DNA of 64,000 nt from an uncultured Christensenellaceae bacterium. GTDB lineage: Bacteria > Bacillota > Clostridia > Christensenellales > UBA3700. How positions within the stretch are numbered: the stretch's first letter is position 1; each line of letters opens with the position of its first letter. Under the pieces are notes generated by a model. That model saw only the letters and a program-made list of their open reading frames with translations, did not search any database and had not been told where the DNA came from. The DNA is taken from NCBI GenBank assembly GCA_944383905.1, contig CALWRI010000006.1, positions 3,883-67,882 of the forward strand. The letters are read 5' to 3'. Positions 25,247-35,892 of the stretch are shown in pieces. Both the position numbers and the translations under genes were made by a program.

Positions 25247-25876
25247 TCAGTCTTTTGACTCTCCGTCCTGCTCTTTTTTCCCGTTATCGGTAAAAAGCGC
25301 CTTGTTTTTGAAGATATAATTGACTCCCGAAAATACGGTGAGCACCGTTGCAAGTATCAACATTATTCCGCCCGCCCACATCGTGGATTCTCCGAACGAA
25401 CCGCCTATCGGGACGAAAAGCGTGGTGCCGATCGCGGCAAGCGTGAGCACCGTCTTTGCCTTGCCCCAGATGTCCGCGGCGAGAATAAAGTTTTTGGACG
25501 CGGCTATCTGCCTCAAAAGTCCTATGATGAGCTCTCTCGCAATAATGACGATAAGGCATATCATTGCGACGAACGGCATACCGTAAACGAGATCCGCTTC
25601 GACGATAAACGCGAGTCCGGTAAGCACGCATACCTTGTCCGCTATCGGATCGAGAAATTTTCCCATCGTCGTGACCTGATTGTATTTTCTCGCGAGATAC
25701 CCGTCGAGGAAATCCGTGAGCGCGGTGGCTATGTAAAGAAGCGAGCTGACGTAACAAAGCACGTCCGAGACCTCTTTGTTTCCGGCGCGCAGATAATGCA
25801 GTTCAAAGCAGAAAAGCACTATGATGACGGGAAGCATTATTATTCTCGTCACGGTTATTTTTGTCGGTAAATTCAT
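25247..25876 (-). CDS. pgsA: CDP-diacylglycerol--glycerol-3-phosphate 3-phosphatidyltransferase
   Basis: CDP-alcohol phosphotransferase motif DFLDGYLARKYNQVTTMGKFLDPIADK. The start MNLPTKITVTRI at 25876 makes an ATGA overlap with the rimO stop. Confidence 0.85.
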   Translation of the reverse strand: MNLPTKITVTRIIMLPVIIVLFCFELHYLRAGNKEVSDVLCYVSSLLYIATALTDFLDGYLARKYNQVTTMGKFLDPIADKVCVLTGLAFIVEADLVYGMPFVAMICLIVIIARELIIGLLRQIAASKNFILAADIWGKAKTVLTLAAIGTTLFVPIGGSFGESTMWAGGIMLILATVLTVFSGVNYIFKNKALFTDNGKKEQDGESKD

Positions 25877-27189
25877 ATCTGTGTTTCTCCTATCAGATCG
25901 CAACCTTCGCTCGCGATCATCTTTACGGGATAGAAATTTCCTATTTCGAGGCATTGCGAGGAGCCGAACCAGACTTTCGCGTCCACGTCGGGAGCGTCGT
26001 ACTGCGTTCTCCCGACAAAGGCTTCCGCCTCGTCGTCTATCCCCTCGTAAAGGACCTTCTCGACACTTCCTATCCTGCGTTTTGTATTGTCGTTCATTAT
26101 TCGTTCCTGCAAGGAATACAGCCTGTCGTATCTCTTTTGCTTGACCTCATCGTCGATCTGTCCGTCGAGACGAGCCGCCGCCGTGTTGTCCTCGCGGGAA
26201 TATTTGAAGAATCCGCATCTGTCGAGCTTTGCGAATTTCAGGAAATCCTCGAGTTCGTAGACGTCCTCTTCCGTCTCCGTCGGGAAGCCGACGATAAACG
26301 TGCTTCTGATGCAGAAATCCCCTTTTGCGCGTATCTTTTCAAACAGCGAGACGATCCCCTGTTTTGTGATGCGCCTGTTCATCTTCTTTAATATTCTGTC
26401 AGATATATGTTGACAAGGTATGTCAAGATATTTGCAAATTTTGTCGTTTTTGCAGATAAAATCGAGAAGTTCGTCGCTTATACCCTCGGGATAGAGGTAC
26501 AAAAGCCTTATCCACTCCACGTCCAGCTTGCAAAGACGATCGAGAAGATCGACGAGCATACACCTGCCCTCGAGGTCGTACCCGTATCTGGTGACGTCCT
26601 GCGCGACGACGATAAATTCCTTTATCGGATACTGCGCGAGGAGTTCCTCGGCTTCTTTGACAACTTCTTCGACGGGAATTGACGTATACCTTCCTCTTAT
26701 CTGCGGTATTGCGCAATAAGTGCAACGGTTGTCGCATCCCTCCGCTATCTTCAGATAGGCGTAATGAGGGGGCGTGGTCAGCACTCGCGCCCTCGTATGA
26801 AGTCTGAAATCCTTATCGTTGGGGACGCATACCTTGTTTTTGCCGTCGAGATCTTTTATTATCCGCGGCAAAAGATGATAGCTCCCCGTACCGAGGAAGG
26901 CGTCCACTTCGGGAAAACCGTCCTTGAGCTCGTTCATATACCTTTGAGGGAGACATCCCGTGACTACGAGGTAACGGCACTTGTCCTTTTTGTACTCCGC
27001 CATCTCGAGTATGGTCGCGATCGCCTCCTGCTTCGCCTCGTCGATAAACGCGCAGGTATTGACGACTATCACATCCGCCTGCGCAGGATCGGGAGTAAAA
27101 TCAAACCCGTCCTTTTCGAGATATGCGAGCATATTTTCGGTATCTATTCTGTTTTTGTCGCACCCGAGCGACACAACTCCTATTTTCAA
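25873..27189 (-). CDS. rimO: ribosomal protein S12 methylthiotransferase RimO
   Basis: 438 aa. MKIGVVSLGCDKN (UPF0004 domain), radical SAM AEGCDNRCTYCAIP and a C-terminal TRAM domain. TTG start with a GAGAGGGA RBS. Confidence 0.9.
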   Translation of the reverse strand: MKIGVVSLGCDKNRIDTENMLAYLEKDGFDFTPDPAQADVIVVNTCAFIDEAKQEAIATILEMAEYKKDKCRYLVVTGCLPQRYMNELKDGFPEVDAFLGTGSYHLLPRIIKDLDGKNKVCVPNDKDFRLHTRARVLTTPPHYAYLKIAEGCDNRCTYCAIPQIRGRYTSIPVEEVVKEAEELLAQYPIKEFIVVAQDVTRYGYDLEGRCMLVDLLDRLCKLDVEWIRLLYLYPEGISDELLDFICKNDKICKYLDIPCQHISDRILKKMNRRITKQGIVSLFEKIRAKGDFCIRSTFIVGFPTETEEDVYELEDFLKFAKLDRCGFFKYSREDNTAAARLDGQIDDEVKQKRYDRLYSLQERIMNDNTKRRIGSVEKVLYEGIDDEAEAFVGRTQYDAPDVDAKVWFGSSQCLEIGNFYPVKMIASEGCDLIGETQI

Positions 27190-27337
27190 ATATCCCTCTC
27201 TTTGCGGCGCCCGATCGAGACCGACGCCCTATATTTTTCTTCCTTCCGCTGCCGGGCGAGACGTTTTCGCCGCCGCGGTCAATCCGTATTTCTTCACTGC
27301 ATCTTATCTGCAAAACGGAAAGCGTATTGCTTCGGGC

Positions 27338-30300
27338 TCACTCTCCGTCTCCGCCTTCGTCAGCGAACAGTCTGTCGTATTCTTCCTGCGTAATCAGAAT
27401 ATCTCTTTGCTTATTGCCCGGCGCGGGCTTGGAGATAAATCCGCGTGCTTCCATCATATCGAGCAGCTTTGCAGCTCTCGGGAAACCGAGATAGAGCCTT
27501 CTCTGCAACATGGATATGGAAATGGAGCCGTTGTCTATCGCAAGTTTGACTGCCTGCGCGAACATCGGGTCGTGATTACCGCTGCCGCCGCCTTCTCCCG
27601 TCTCTCCGGTCGGAGCCGCCTGATCGGGTTCTTCGGGCACGAAATCTATCGCTTTTTGAATATCCTCGTCGAAATAAGCCTCGTTGTTCTCCTTGACCTG
27701 ATCGACGACCGCGAGCACCTCACCGCCCGTAATGAACGCGCATTGCAGACGTACGGGAAGCGGCTTGCTGCTCAACTTGTATAGCATATCGCCTTTGCGG
27801 AGCAGTTTTTCCGCGCCCGAGTAATCGAGTATCGTCTTGCTGTCCACGTTGGAAACGACCGCAAATGCTATTCTCGTGGGCAGGTTCGCCTTTATCGTAC
27901 CCGTAATGACGTCGACCGAAGGTCTCTGCGTCGCCACGATGATATGAATGCCCGCAGCGCGCGCTTTCGCGGTCAGACGCTTGACGAGCGCTTCGAATTC
28001 CTTTGCCGAAGGCGACTGCATTATGTCCGCAGCCTCGTCGATTATTATCAGGATATACGGCATTTTTTGTATATCCTTGTTCGACTTGCACATCGAGTTG
28101 TATTCCTCTATGTTGGACAGCTTGTGCAGCTTTATCTCAGAGTAACGTCTCTCCATCTCGTCGATCGCCCATTTGAGAGCGTTGATGATCTTTGCGTTGT
28201 CGCTCAATATCTCCGGAACGAGAAGGTGCGGCAGTCCCTCGTACTTGTTGAACTCAACCTCTTTGGGGTCGATCAGTATGAGCCGCAGATCTTCGGGAGA
28301 ATATCTGTAAAGCATACTGACGAGCATACAGTTGAGGCACACCGATTTACCTGCGCCGGAAGCGCCGGCGACGAGAGCGTGCGGAAATTCGGTTATGTCT
28401 CCGACGTAGCACTCCCCGTCAATGTCTTTGCCGAGCGCAAAGAACAGACCGCTCGACTTGCCGTTGTTGAATTCTTTGGAATCGATTATCGGTTTCAGTC
28501 CGACGGTACCTCTGTTCTCGTTGGGGATCTCAATGCCGACGTATCTCTTTTTGGGAATAGGCGCTTCGATACGGATGCTCTCCGCCGCAAGGCACATGGC
28601 AAGGTCGTTGTAATGTTGCGGTATCTTGTTAACGCTGATACCCGGCGGAACTTCGAGCTCGAGCCTGCTGAACGTAGGTCCTTTGACGACATTGACGACT
28701 TTTGCGTCTATGCCGAAGTTGGCAAGACAAGTCTCCACGCTCTGAATCTTTTCTTCAAAGTCGGTGCCCGACTCAACTTCTTCCTTGTAGTCGCGCAGAC
28801 AGTCGAGACGAGGCGGAACGTAAGGCTTGCGCCTGACGGGTTTTTTTGTTTTGGGTTGTTCCGCGGGCTGCACAGTCTCCGTCTTCTGTTTTGAAGTAAC
28901 GCTCGCGTTGACGACGGACGCGGGAGCAACTACCGTATTCACGACGGGCTTGACCACGGGGCGCGGCGGCTCGTAAGGCTTTGGCTCTTCTTTTGCGAAA
29001 GAGTCTGTCTTATTGCTGCTCTTGTAATCGTCCGGCGTGCCCGTGAATCCTTTCAAAGGATCCGATCCCCTCTCCGTCTTGTCTTCCGCTTCGCCAAAGT
29101 CGTCCATCGATCCGGTAAGAAGAGATTTTCCTTCTTTTTTTTCGGGTTTGTCTTCTCCGTCGTCCTCGTCGAGCAACTTGTCTATATTGTCGAAAAGACT
29201 GCGGGTAACGTCATCTTCGGTCTTTTGAGAAGAAGCAAAATCTTCGTCTGTCGCCCCGGTATAACCGCTCTCTTCCGCGCTGTCGTCCGAAGGCTCTTCC
29301 GCGTCGACGTTTTCGCGTTTCTGCTCCTCGCGCATTCTCCTGAGGTTTTCTTCCATATTCCTCAACCTTGAGTTGTTGCTGTAACCTTCATATATGTCTT
29401 TGGCTTTTTCTTTATCGGAAGGATCAGAAGACGTCACGGCAGAAGAAGAGGTCTTCTTTTCGCCGTAAAGGATGTCCCAGGAATTTCTCGCTTCCTCTTT
29501 CGTCTCCTGCGAAACGCTCTTTCTTGCGCCCTGGTTGTTGTACAACTTGTCCATCGCCTCTTGCTTGCGGCGGCGGTTGTAGACGTCGAGCGCGTCGTCG
29601 ACGACCTTGTCGCTTATCGCGTCGGATTCCTCTCTTTCGGTGTAATATGACGAATAATCCTCTGTCTCCTCCGGATTTCCGATGTTCTCCATATCGTCGT
29701 ACTCGACGGGTTTTTTGCCGAAGCGCCTGCTCATGCGCTTCGAATGGTGCCTTCCTTCGACGTCTCCGTTGTACATATTGCGGTCGTATTCATCGTCGAA
29801 AGAGTTGACGGCAGGAGCAGTCTGATACGAAACGGTGTTGACCACCGTCGTGCTCTGCGTCTTTTTCCTGCTCTTTCCGGGACCGAATTGTCTAGCCCTG
29901 AAAGTAATTTCTTTGTTGAGCTGCGATACGATAAGGAGCGCAACGACTCCGATAAGCACGAGTCCGGCGATGACCTGCGAAACGACGTACAGTTTTGCGG
30001 GAAAATACAATGCCAGCGCGCCTATCCAGCCGCCCGCGGTATTCGCGTTTTCGTAACAAGCGGTCAGATATTCTCCGTAAGACCCGTCCGCGTACATTTC
30101 GGAAGAATAGAGATGGATCATGGAAATGACGATAACGACCGCGGCGACGTAAAGCAAAGTCACGCCCACGGTAACGCTTCTCTTGCGCTTCAGCATGAGC
30201 GCAAGACCAATGATCACGCCGCTGATCGAATACGCATAAACGGCATAGCCGAACACTCCGGTCATGAACTTTGTCACGACGGCGCCCGCCTTGCCGAATA

Positions 30301-30415
30301 CGCCGAACAAAATCAGACTCAAAACGGTAAAGACTCCAAACACGGCAAGGCCGTTGGCAAAGCCCCAGCCGCCCGAACGCTCGCGATCTCTTTCTGTCGG
30401 TTTTCCTCTTCTCAA
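27338..30415 (-). CDS. ftsK: DNA translocase FtsK/SpoIIIE
   Basis: 1025 aa. Four N-terminal TMs, a linker of about 350 aa (acidic, Pro/Val-rich), motor Walker A GASGAGKSVCLN and a gamma winged helix LYLGFPRAAKLLDMMEARGFIS. TTG start with an AAAGGAG RBS. Confidence 0.9.
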   Translation of the reverse strand: MRRGKPTERDRERSGGWGFANGLAVFGVFTVLSLILFGVFGKAGAVVTKFMTGVFGYAVYAYSISGVIIGLALMLKRKRSVTVGVTLLYVAAVVIVISMIHLYSSEMYADGSYGEYLTACYENANTAGGWIGALALYFPAKLYVVSQVIAGLVLIGVVALLIVSQLNKEITFRARQFGPGKSRKKTQSTTVVNTVSYQTAPAVNSFDDEYDRNMYNGDVEGRHHSKRMSRRFGKKPVEYDDMENIGNPEETEDYSSYYTEREESDAISDKVVDDALDVYNRRRKQEAMDKLYNNQGARKSVSQETKEEARNSWDILYGEKKTSSSAVTSSDPSDKEKAKDIYEGYSNNSRLRNMEENLRRMREEQKRENVDAEEPSDDSAEESGYTGATDEDFASSQKTEDDVTRSLFDNIDKLLDEDDGEDKPEKKEGKSLLTGSMDDFGEAEDKTERGSDPLKGFTGTPDDYKSSNKTDSFAKEEPKPYEPPRPVVKPVVNTVVAPASVVNASVTSKQKTETVQPAEQPKTKKPVRRKPYVPPRLDCLRDYKEEVESGTDFEEKIQSVETCLANFGIDAKVVNVVKGPTFSRLELEVPPGISVNKIPQHYNDLAMCLAAESIRIEAPIPKKRYVGIEIPNENRGTVGLKPIIDSKEFNNGKSSGLFFALGKDIDGECYVGDITEFPHALVAGASGAGKSVCLNCMLVSMLYRYSPEDLRLILIDPKEVEFNKYEGLPHLLVPEILSDNAKIINALKWAIDEMERRYSEIKLHKLSNIEEYNSMCKSNKDIQKMPYILIIIDEAADIMQSPSAKEFEALVKRLTAKARAAGIHIIVATQRPSVDVITGTIKANLPTRIAFAVVSNVDSKTILDYSGAEKLLRKGDMLYKLSSKPLPVRLQCAFITGGEVLAVVDQVKENNEAYFDEDIQKAIDFVPEEPDQAAPTGETGEGGGSGNHDPMFAQAVKLAIDNGSISISMLQRRLYLGFPRAAKLLDMMEARGFISKPAPGNKQRDILITQEEYDRLFADEGGDGE

Positions 30416-30476
30416 TTTTTACTCCTTTCCCTGATGCGCACGCATATTTCCCTGTATGCATTCCACACTATTTGTT

Positions 30477-30505
30477 ATTATAACATACCGCGCGCGATAT
30501 TTCAA
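30477..30505 (-). promoter_or_regulatory. candidate sigma-A promoter of ftsK
   Basis: Minus strand TTGAAA-17 nt-TATAAT, about 60 nt upstream of the TTG start. Confidence 0.45.
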
Positions 30506-30674
30506 TTATAAAATAATATTTTAATTATTGCCTTTGCTACGTTTTGTTTACGTCCCGTTTCAACCGCAGGCAAACGAAATCGCTTGTCTGTCCGTTTTCG
30601 CACGCACATGCGCTTGACGACGGAATTTTGATCTCCATAGCCTGACCGTTTCGTCCATAAATTATTCCGCACAA

Positions 30675-30706
30675 CAAAAAAACACGCCCGAATCAGACGT
30701 GTTTTT
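30675..30706 (-). terminator. rho-independent terminator after the ABM gene
   Basis: AACACG / CGTGTT stem with an 11-nt loop, flanked by an A-run and a T-run. On the minus strand it is followed by UUUUUUGUUG. Confidence 0.55.
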
Positions 30707-30732
30707 ATGCATTGTCATTTTGTTTTGTCAGA

Positions 30733-31068
30733 TCATCTGCGTCTTGCTATGTATTTTTCGTCTTTTTCCGGCATTGCTCCGTCGCCATCGAATCTCTCAA
30801 CGATCATCTCGAGATCGTACTTGTCTCTTAATGCCGCGATCTTTCCCATCAGCGGAAGAGAGTGATGAAGGTCAAGCGCCGACTGATCCCGCCAGCGGTC
30901 AATAAGCAAAACCGTCTCCGGGTCTTCGTCTGAAAAGAAATATTCATACCTTTCGTTGCCATCTTCTTTGCGCACTTCATCCACAATGCCGCTTTCTTTC
31001 ATTTTCCTCACAAATTCGCGTGCGGAGCCGTTTTTGCCTTTATAATAAATATTTACCGTAATACTCAT
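30733..31068 (-). CDS. antibiotic biosynthesis monooxygenase (ABM) family protein
   Basis: 111 aa. Ferredoxin-like ABM pattern (ITVNIYYK..., LLIDRWRDQSALDLHHSLP). Confidence 0.7.
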   Translation of the reverse strand: MSITVNIYYKGKNGSAREFVRKMKESGIVDEVRKEDGNERYEYFFSDEDPETVLLIDRWRDQSALDLHHSLPLMGKIAALRDKYDLEMIVERFDGDGAMPEKDEKYIARRR

Positions 31069-31075
31069 CTGTCAT

Positions 31076-31477
31076 TCAACTCTTTTTTTCGCACTTGTAT
31101 CCTTGTTTGGAACTCAAACCGTTCTGGCGGTCGAAATTCTCCTTGTTTTTGTTGAGATACAAAGCGAAAAGCTCCTCCGCATCCATGCCCGAAGTCAGAC
31201 ACATACTTACGAAGAAATGCAGTATGTCAACGATCTCGTACTTTATCTTCTCGTCGTCGAGAGGCTTCGGGTTTTTCCACCACTTGAAATTGACCTCGTC
31301 GATAAGCTCTGCCATCTCACTCATCATCGCGAGAGTCTGGCGCTGGAGCCACTCCGATTTGTCGCTTCTGTCAAGCCCTCTCCTTTCCGCTATATCGTCG
31401 TTGAGCGCCTTTTGCATAACGAAAATTTTATCTAATTTGTCCATATTTTTATCTTCGAGTATTTCCTTAATATCCAT
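31076..31477 (-). CDS. dimeric (all-alpha) dUTPase family protein
   Basis: 133 aa. LDKIFVMQKALNDDI..., EMAELIDEVNFKWWKN and EIVDILHFFVS match the all-alpha NTP pyrophosphatase/dUTPase_2 pattern. Confidence 0.7.
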   Translation of the reverse strand: MDIKEILEDKNMDKLDKIFVMQKALNDDIAERRGLDRSDKSEWLQRQTLAMMSEMAELIDEVNFKWWKNPKPLDDEKIKYEIVDILHFFVSMCLTSGMDAEELFALYLNKNKENFDRQNGLSSKQGYKCEKKS

Positions 31478-31478
31478 A

Positions 31479-32753
31479 TTATTCCTCCGTCTGTTTCTTT
31501 ATCGCGCCGTACAGATCCGCGTCGGTCTCCTTGCCGACATAGGCGAGGCTCGCTTTGCAAGCGTCGAATTCTTTCATATATATATTGTTGAAATCGTCGT
31601 ACTTCATGTTCTCGAGTCTGAAAATAAGCTCGTCGAAATCGTTGAGAGAATCGGTCATGAGCAACCACTTCGCATAATAGCGCATCATCGCGCCGTTGCT
31701 GTCCTGTCCGAGAATGTAAGCCGCTTTCGCCTGTTGCACGCTGCGGCGGAACTCCTCTTCGGTAAACCCGTTTTTGCGCACGTCGGCTATTATCTCCGCG
31801 ACTATTTCCACCGCATGCAATGCCGATTTCGTATTTGTGCCTATATATACGCCCGCATAGCCGTTGTTCGCGCAGCATGAGTTGTACGAATAAACGCTGT
31901 AAGCGAGCCCGTGCTTCTCTCTGACCTCACTGAACAGCCTGCTCGACATTCCTCCGCCGAAAACGTAGCCGCCCGCATTGACGGCGAGATAATTTTCGTC
32001 GGTCATGCTCACGCTGGGAAAAAGCATAGTTATATTCGCCTGCTCTATCGGCTTGAAAATCTTTTTGGTGCCGCCTTCGGTTTGGTGCGGCAGGTCCTTC
32101 CACACCCTGTCGGGAATGGATCTGAAGCGTCCTTCGAAATATTTTTCGACGAGTTTTCTCGCTCTCGATTGCGTGATATTGCCGACAACGGCTATTACCG
32201 TATTCTGCGCGCAATAGTTTTCTTCTATATATCCGAGAAGATCCTCTCTCGTCAGACTGCCGACCGTCTCTCTTGTACCCAGAATGGGCCTCGCGAGCGC
32301 GTTGTCGCCGTAATACAGCGTCGCGGCGGTCTCCTGACTGACGTCCGCATTGTCGTCGTCGCTCATAGATATTTCTTCGAGCACGACCTTTCGTTCCCTT
32401 TCGAGCTCCTCTTTGTCGAACACGGAATTGAAAAGTATGTCGGACAATATTTCCGCGCATTTTTCACTGTCTTCGTCTATGCTGAACGTGTAAAAACAGG
32501 TCGACGTCTTGCTCGTGAACGCGTTTATCTGCGCGCCAAGCGCGTCGATTTCCTTTACGATGTCAAGAGAACTGCGGGTCTTTGTACCCTTGAAAAACAT
32601 GTGCTCGAGAAAATGCGAGACGCCGTTGTTCTTTGCCGTCTCGTTTTCGCTTCCCGCGCCCGTAAGTATTCCGATCGCGACAGCCCTCGTGGATTTTCTT
32701 TCGAGGTGAACGAGACGGAGCCCTTCTCTGAATTGATAAACCTGCGCTTTCAT
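31479..32753 (-). CDS. M16 family (insulinase-like) zinc peptidase
   Basis: HFLEHMFFKG (HxxEH) motif. The start is set at ATG 32753, preceded by GGAGGG. Position next to the ylxY-like gene and pnp matches mlpA/ymxG in Bacillus. Confidence 0.85.
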   Translation of the reverse strand: MKAQVYQFREGLRLVHLERKSTRAVAIGILTGAGSENETAKNNGVSHFLEHMFFKGTKTRSSLDIVKEIDALGAQINAFTSKTSTCFYTFSIDEDSEKCAEILSDILFNSVFDKEELERERKVVLEEISMSDDDNADVSQETAATLYYGDNALARPILGTRETVGSLTREDLLGYIEENYCAQNTVIAVVGNITQSRARKLVEKYFEGRFRSIPDRVWKDLPHQTEGGTKKIFKPIEQANITMLFPSVSMTDENYLAVNAGGYVFGGGMSSRLFSEVREKHGLAYSVYSYNSCCANNGYAGVYIGTNTKSALHAVEIVAEIIADVRKNGFTEEEFRRSVQQAKAAYILGQDSNGAMMRYYAKWLLMTDSLNDFDELIFRLENMKYDDFNNIYMKEFDACKASLAYVGKETDADLYGAIKKQTEE

Positions 32754-32863
32754 TTGCCCTCCGTTATATATATCAGTATAAAATATTATACGCGTTTTGT
32801 AAAGTATTAACCCCTTTTTCATACCGTCTGAAAAGCGGTCATATAATGCTAAAGGAGGTGGAT

Positions 32864-33619
32864 ATGGATTCGACTCTTACCCGTACGGAACCAAAGAAAA
32901 AACGCCGCTTTTTTACCGAAGCGGTCTCTAATTTCGCAATAGTGCTCATGCTTGCTACGCTTTGTCTCGTCGGATTCGGAGGGAGCGGAGCCTACGACAC
33001 GGTCTTTTCCGCAGGAGGAGAAAATTCTCCTATTTACCGCGGCGAGACCTCGCGCGGCGAAGTTGCGCTTATGATAAACGTCTATCAGGGGAACGAATAT
33101 CTCGAAGAAATGCTCGATATTCTGTCAGAATACGGCGCTCGCTGCACCTTTTTCGTCGGCGGATGCTGGGCGGACGACAACAACGCGCTCGTGGCAAGAA
33201 TTGTCGAGGAAGGACACGAGATCGGAAATCACGGGTATTTTCACAAGGATCACAAGCAACTGTCCTATTCGCAGAACAGGAGCGAGATCGTCGCTACAAA
33301 CGACCTTTTGAAGGCGATGACCGGCAAAACCCCCGTTTTGTTCGCCCCGCCGTCAGGCAGTTACGGCAAAGACGCGCTCAAAGTATGCGGCGATCTCGGA
33401 ATGAAAGTGATAATGTGGAGCCGTGATACGATTGATTGGAGAGACAAAAATACCGATCTGATATATAAACGCGCTACTGACAAGGTAGAAGCCGGAGAAA
33501 TGATCCTCGCGCATCCGACGTTCAACACGGCGCAGGCACTACCCTCTATTCTCGGATATTACAAAGAGCACGGACTTACCGCCGTAACCGTTTCGCAGAT
33601 AATAAGCAAAACAGTCTGA
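32864..33619 (+). CDS. polysaccharide deacetylase family sporulation protein (YlxY/PdaB-like)
   Basis: N-terminal TM and NodB domain (ALMINVYQG, TFFVGG, HEIGNHGYFH). The start is set at ATG 32864, after AGGAGG. Confidence 0.85.
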   Translation: MDSTLTRTEPKKKRRFFTEAVSNFAIVLMLATLCLVGFGGSGAYDTVFSAGGENSPIYRGETSRGEVALMINVYQGNEYLEEMLDILSEYGARCTFFVGGCWADDNNALVARIVEEGHEIGNHGYFHKDHKQLSYSQNRSEIVATNDLLKAMTGKTPVLFAPPSGSYGKDALKVCGDLGMKVIMWSRDTIDWRDKNTDLIYKRATDKVEAGEMILAHPTFNTAQALPSILGYYKEHGLTAVTVSQIISKTV

Positions 33620-33764
33620 CTTCGCGGGAGAGTTCTTCCGTATCTGCCAACAACCGCCCTCAACGGTGCGTCTATGCGTTAGCTGTCCGCGAAATGTCGA
33701 TGCACCCCGACAAAACCGTCAAAAAGTCGCACAAAGAAGCCACTCTGCACCGTAAAAATCGTGC

Positions 33765-33800
33765 AAAATAGCCGCTCTGCTTTCGCAAAGCGGCTTTATC
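33765..33800. terminator. terminator hairpin between convergent deacetylase gene and pnp
   Basis: AGCCGCT-12 nt-AGCGGCT, followed by TTTAT on the + strand and AUUUUG on the minus strand. Confidence 0.5.
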
Positions 33801-33813
33801 GTTGTGTTTTGTC

Positions 33814-35892
33814 TTACAGCTTCTTGACGAGGCTCAAAGAAATGCCCTTTTCGGAAATGCCGTCGACCTTGACGAGAACCTTGTCGCCGACGTTGACGAC
33901 GTCCTCGACCTTCTCAACTCTCTTCTTGTCGAGTTTGGAAATATGGATCATGCCGTCCTTACCGGGAGCGATCTCAACGAACGCGCCGAAACTTGCTGTG
34001 CGGACTACCGTTCCTTCGGTTTCAAGTCCGATCTCGGGATCGTTGACGATCAGCTCGATGATCTGACGCGCTTTTGCGATCATATCCTCGTCCGGACTTG
34101 CGATATAGACGTCGCCGAAATCGTTGATATCGATCTTGACGCCCGTTTCGTCTATGATCTTGTTGATCGTCTTGCCGCCGCTGCCGATGACGTCCCTGAT
34201 CTTGTCGGGATTGATGTTGAAGGAAATGATCTTGGGTGCGTACTTGGAGAGATTGGGTCTGGGTCCCGGGAGTACCGCGAGCATCTTGCCGAGGATCTCG
34301 AGTCTGCCGACTCTCGCCTGTGCGAGCGCCTTGCGCAGGATCTCTTCGTTAATACCCTTGATCTTGATATCCATCTGGATAGCCGTGATACCTTCGGTGG
34401 TACCTGCGACCTTGAAGTCCATATCGCCGAGGAAGTCTTCGAGTCCCTGAATATCGGTGAGAACGCTGACCTTGCTCTTGTCTTCGTTGGAGATAAGTCC
34501 CATAGCTACGCCGGCAACGGGTCTCTTGAGCGGAACGCCTGCGTCCATGAGAGCGAGAGTGCTGCCGCAAACGCTTGCCTGCGACGTGCTGCCGTTACTG
34601 CTGAGGACTTCGGAAACCGTCCTGATCGCATACGGGAAGCTGTCCTCGCTGGGGAGCATCGGCTCGAGAGCGCGTTCTGCGAGAGCGCCGTGACCGATCT
34701 CACGTCTGCCCGGGCTCTTCATCGGCTTCGCTTCGCCGGTGCTGTACGGCGGGAAGTTGTAGTGATGGATATATCTCTTGCAGACCTCGTCGTCGAGACC
34801 TTCGAGCTTCTGAACTTCGCTTATGCTGCCGAGAGTAGCGCAAGTGAGGACCTGGGTCTGACCTCTGGTGAACACACCGCTGCCGTGAACTCTGGGAAGA
34901 ACGCCGACCTCGCACCAGATAGGTCTGATCTCGGTGAGCTTTCTGCCGTCGGGACGCACGCCCTCGTCGAGGATCTTTGCCCTGACTTTGGCTTTCTTCA
35001 TAGCGTAAAGCACTTCGCCCATATCCTTTTTACCGTCGGGGAACTGCTCCGCAAAATGGGTGTAGACGTCGTTGTCGAGGTCTTCTTCTGCCTTTTCTCT
35101 TTCCTGTCTGTCGAAGTGAGAGAGGACTTCGTCCATCTTCTTGTCCGCATACTCTTTGACTGCGGCTTCGATCTCGGGAGCCGGATGATACAGCTCGGGA
35201 ACGATCTTCTCCTTGCCGATCTCCTTCTGGATACCCTCGATGAACGCGACGATCTTCTTGATCTCCTCGTGTCCGTAAAGGATAGCGCCGATCATCTCCT
35301 CTTCGGTGACTTCGTTAGCGCCCGCCTCGACCATCAGGATAGCCTCTTTGGTACCGCTCAAAGACAGGTGCAGCTTGCTTCTGTCTCTCTGCGCGGTGTT
35401 GGGGTTGATGACGTACTGACCGTCGACGAAACCGACGACGACGGAGCCCGTGGGACCCGCAAACGGAATGTCGGAAATCGTCAGAGCGATCGAGCTGCCC
35501 AGCATTGCGTAAACCTCGGGCGGAATGTCCGTGTCTACGGAAAGGCAGGTCGCCACGACGGAAACGTCGTTGTAGAATCCTTTGGGGAACAGAGGACGCA
35601 GCGGACGGTCGATAAGTCTCGACGTCAGGATAGCCTTGTCGCTGGGACGTCCCTCACGCTTCTTGAAACCGCCGGGGATCTTGCCGACGGAATACATCTT
35701 TTCTTCGAAATCGACGCCGAGGGGGAAGAAATCCACGCCTTCTCTCGGGGTCTTTGCCATGGTCGCGTTTACCATGACTACGGTGTCGCCGCATCTTACG
35801 ATACAACTGCCGTTAGCCTGTCCGCAATACGCGCCCGTCTCGACGGTCACTTCTCTGCCGCCGATCTGTGTGGAAAAAATCTTTCTTTCCAT
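33814..35892 (-). CDS. pnp: polyribonucleotide nucleotidyltransferase (PNPase)
   Basis: 692 aa. Two RNase PH domains, KH (IRDVIGSGGKTINKI) and S1 (GTVVRTASFGAFVEI). Confidence 0.95.
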   Translation of the reverse strand: MERKIFSTQIGGREVTVETGAYCGQANGSCIVRCGDTVVMVNATMAKTPREGVDFFPLGVDFEEKMYSVGKIPGGFKKREGRPSDKAILTSRLIDRPLRPLFPKGFYNDVSVVATCLSVDTDIPPEVYAMLGSSIALTISDIPFAGPTGSVVVGFVDGQYVINPNTAQRDRSKLHLSLSGTKEAILMVEAGANEVTEEEMIGAILYGHEEIKKIVAFIEGIQKEIGKEKIVPELYHPAPEIEAAVKEYADKKMDEVLSHFDRQEREKAEEDLDNDVYTHFAEQFPDGKKDMGEVLYAMKKAKVRAKILDEGVRPDGRKLTEIRPIWCEVGVLPRVHGSGVFTRGQTQVLTCATLGSISEVQKLEGLDDEVCKRYIHHYNFPPYSTGEAKPMKSPGRREIGHGALAERALEPMLPSEDSFPYAIRTVSEVLSSNGSTSQASVCGSTLALMDAGVPLKRPVAGVAMGLISNEDKSKVSVLTDIQGLEDFLGDMDFKVAGTTEGITAIQMDIKIKGINEEILRKALAQARVGRLEILGKMLAVLPGPRPNLSKYAPKIISFNINPDKIRDVIGSGGKTINKIIDETGVKIDINDFGDVYIASPDEDMIAKARQIIELIVNDPEIGLETEGTVVRTASFGAFVEIAPGKDGMIHISKLDKKRVEKVEDVVNVGDKVLVKVDGISEKGISLSLVKKL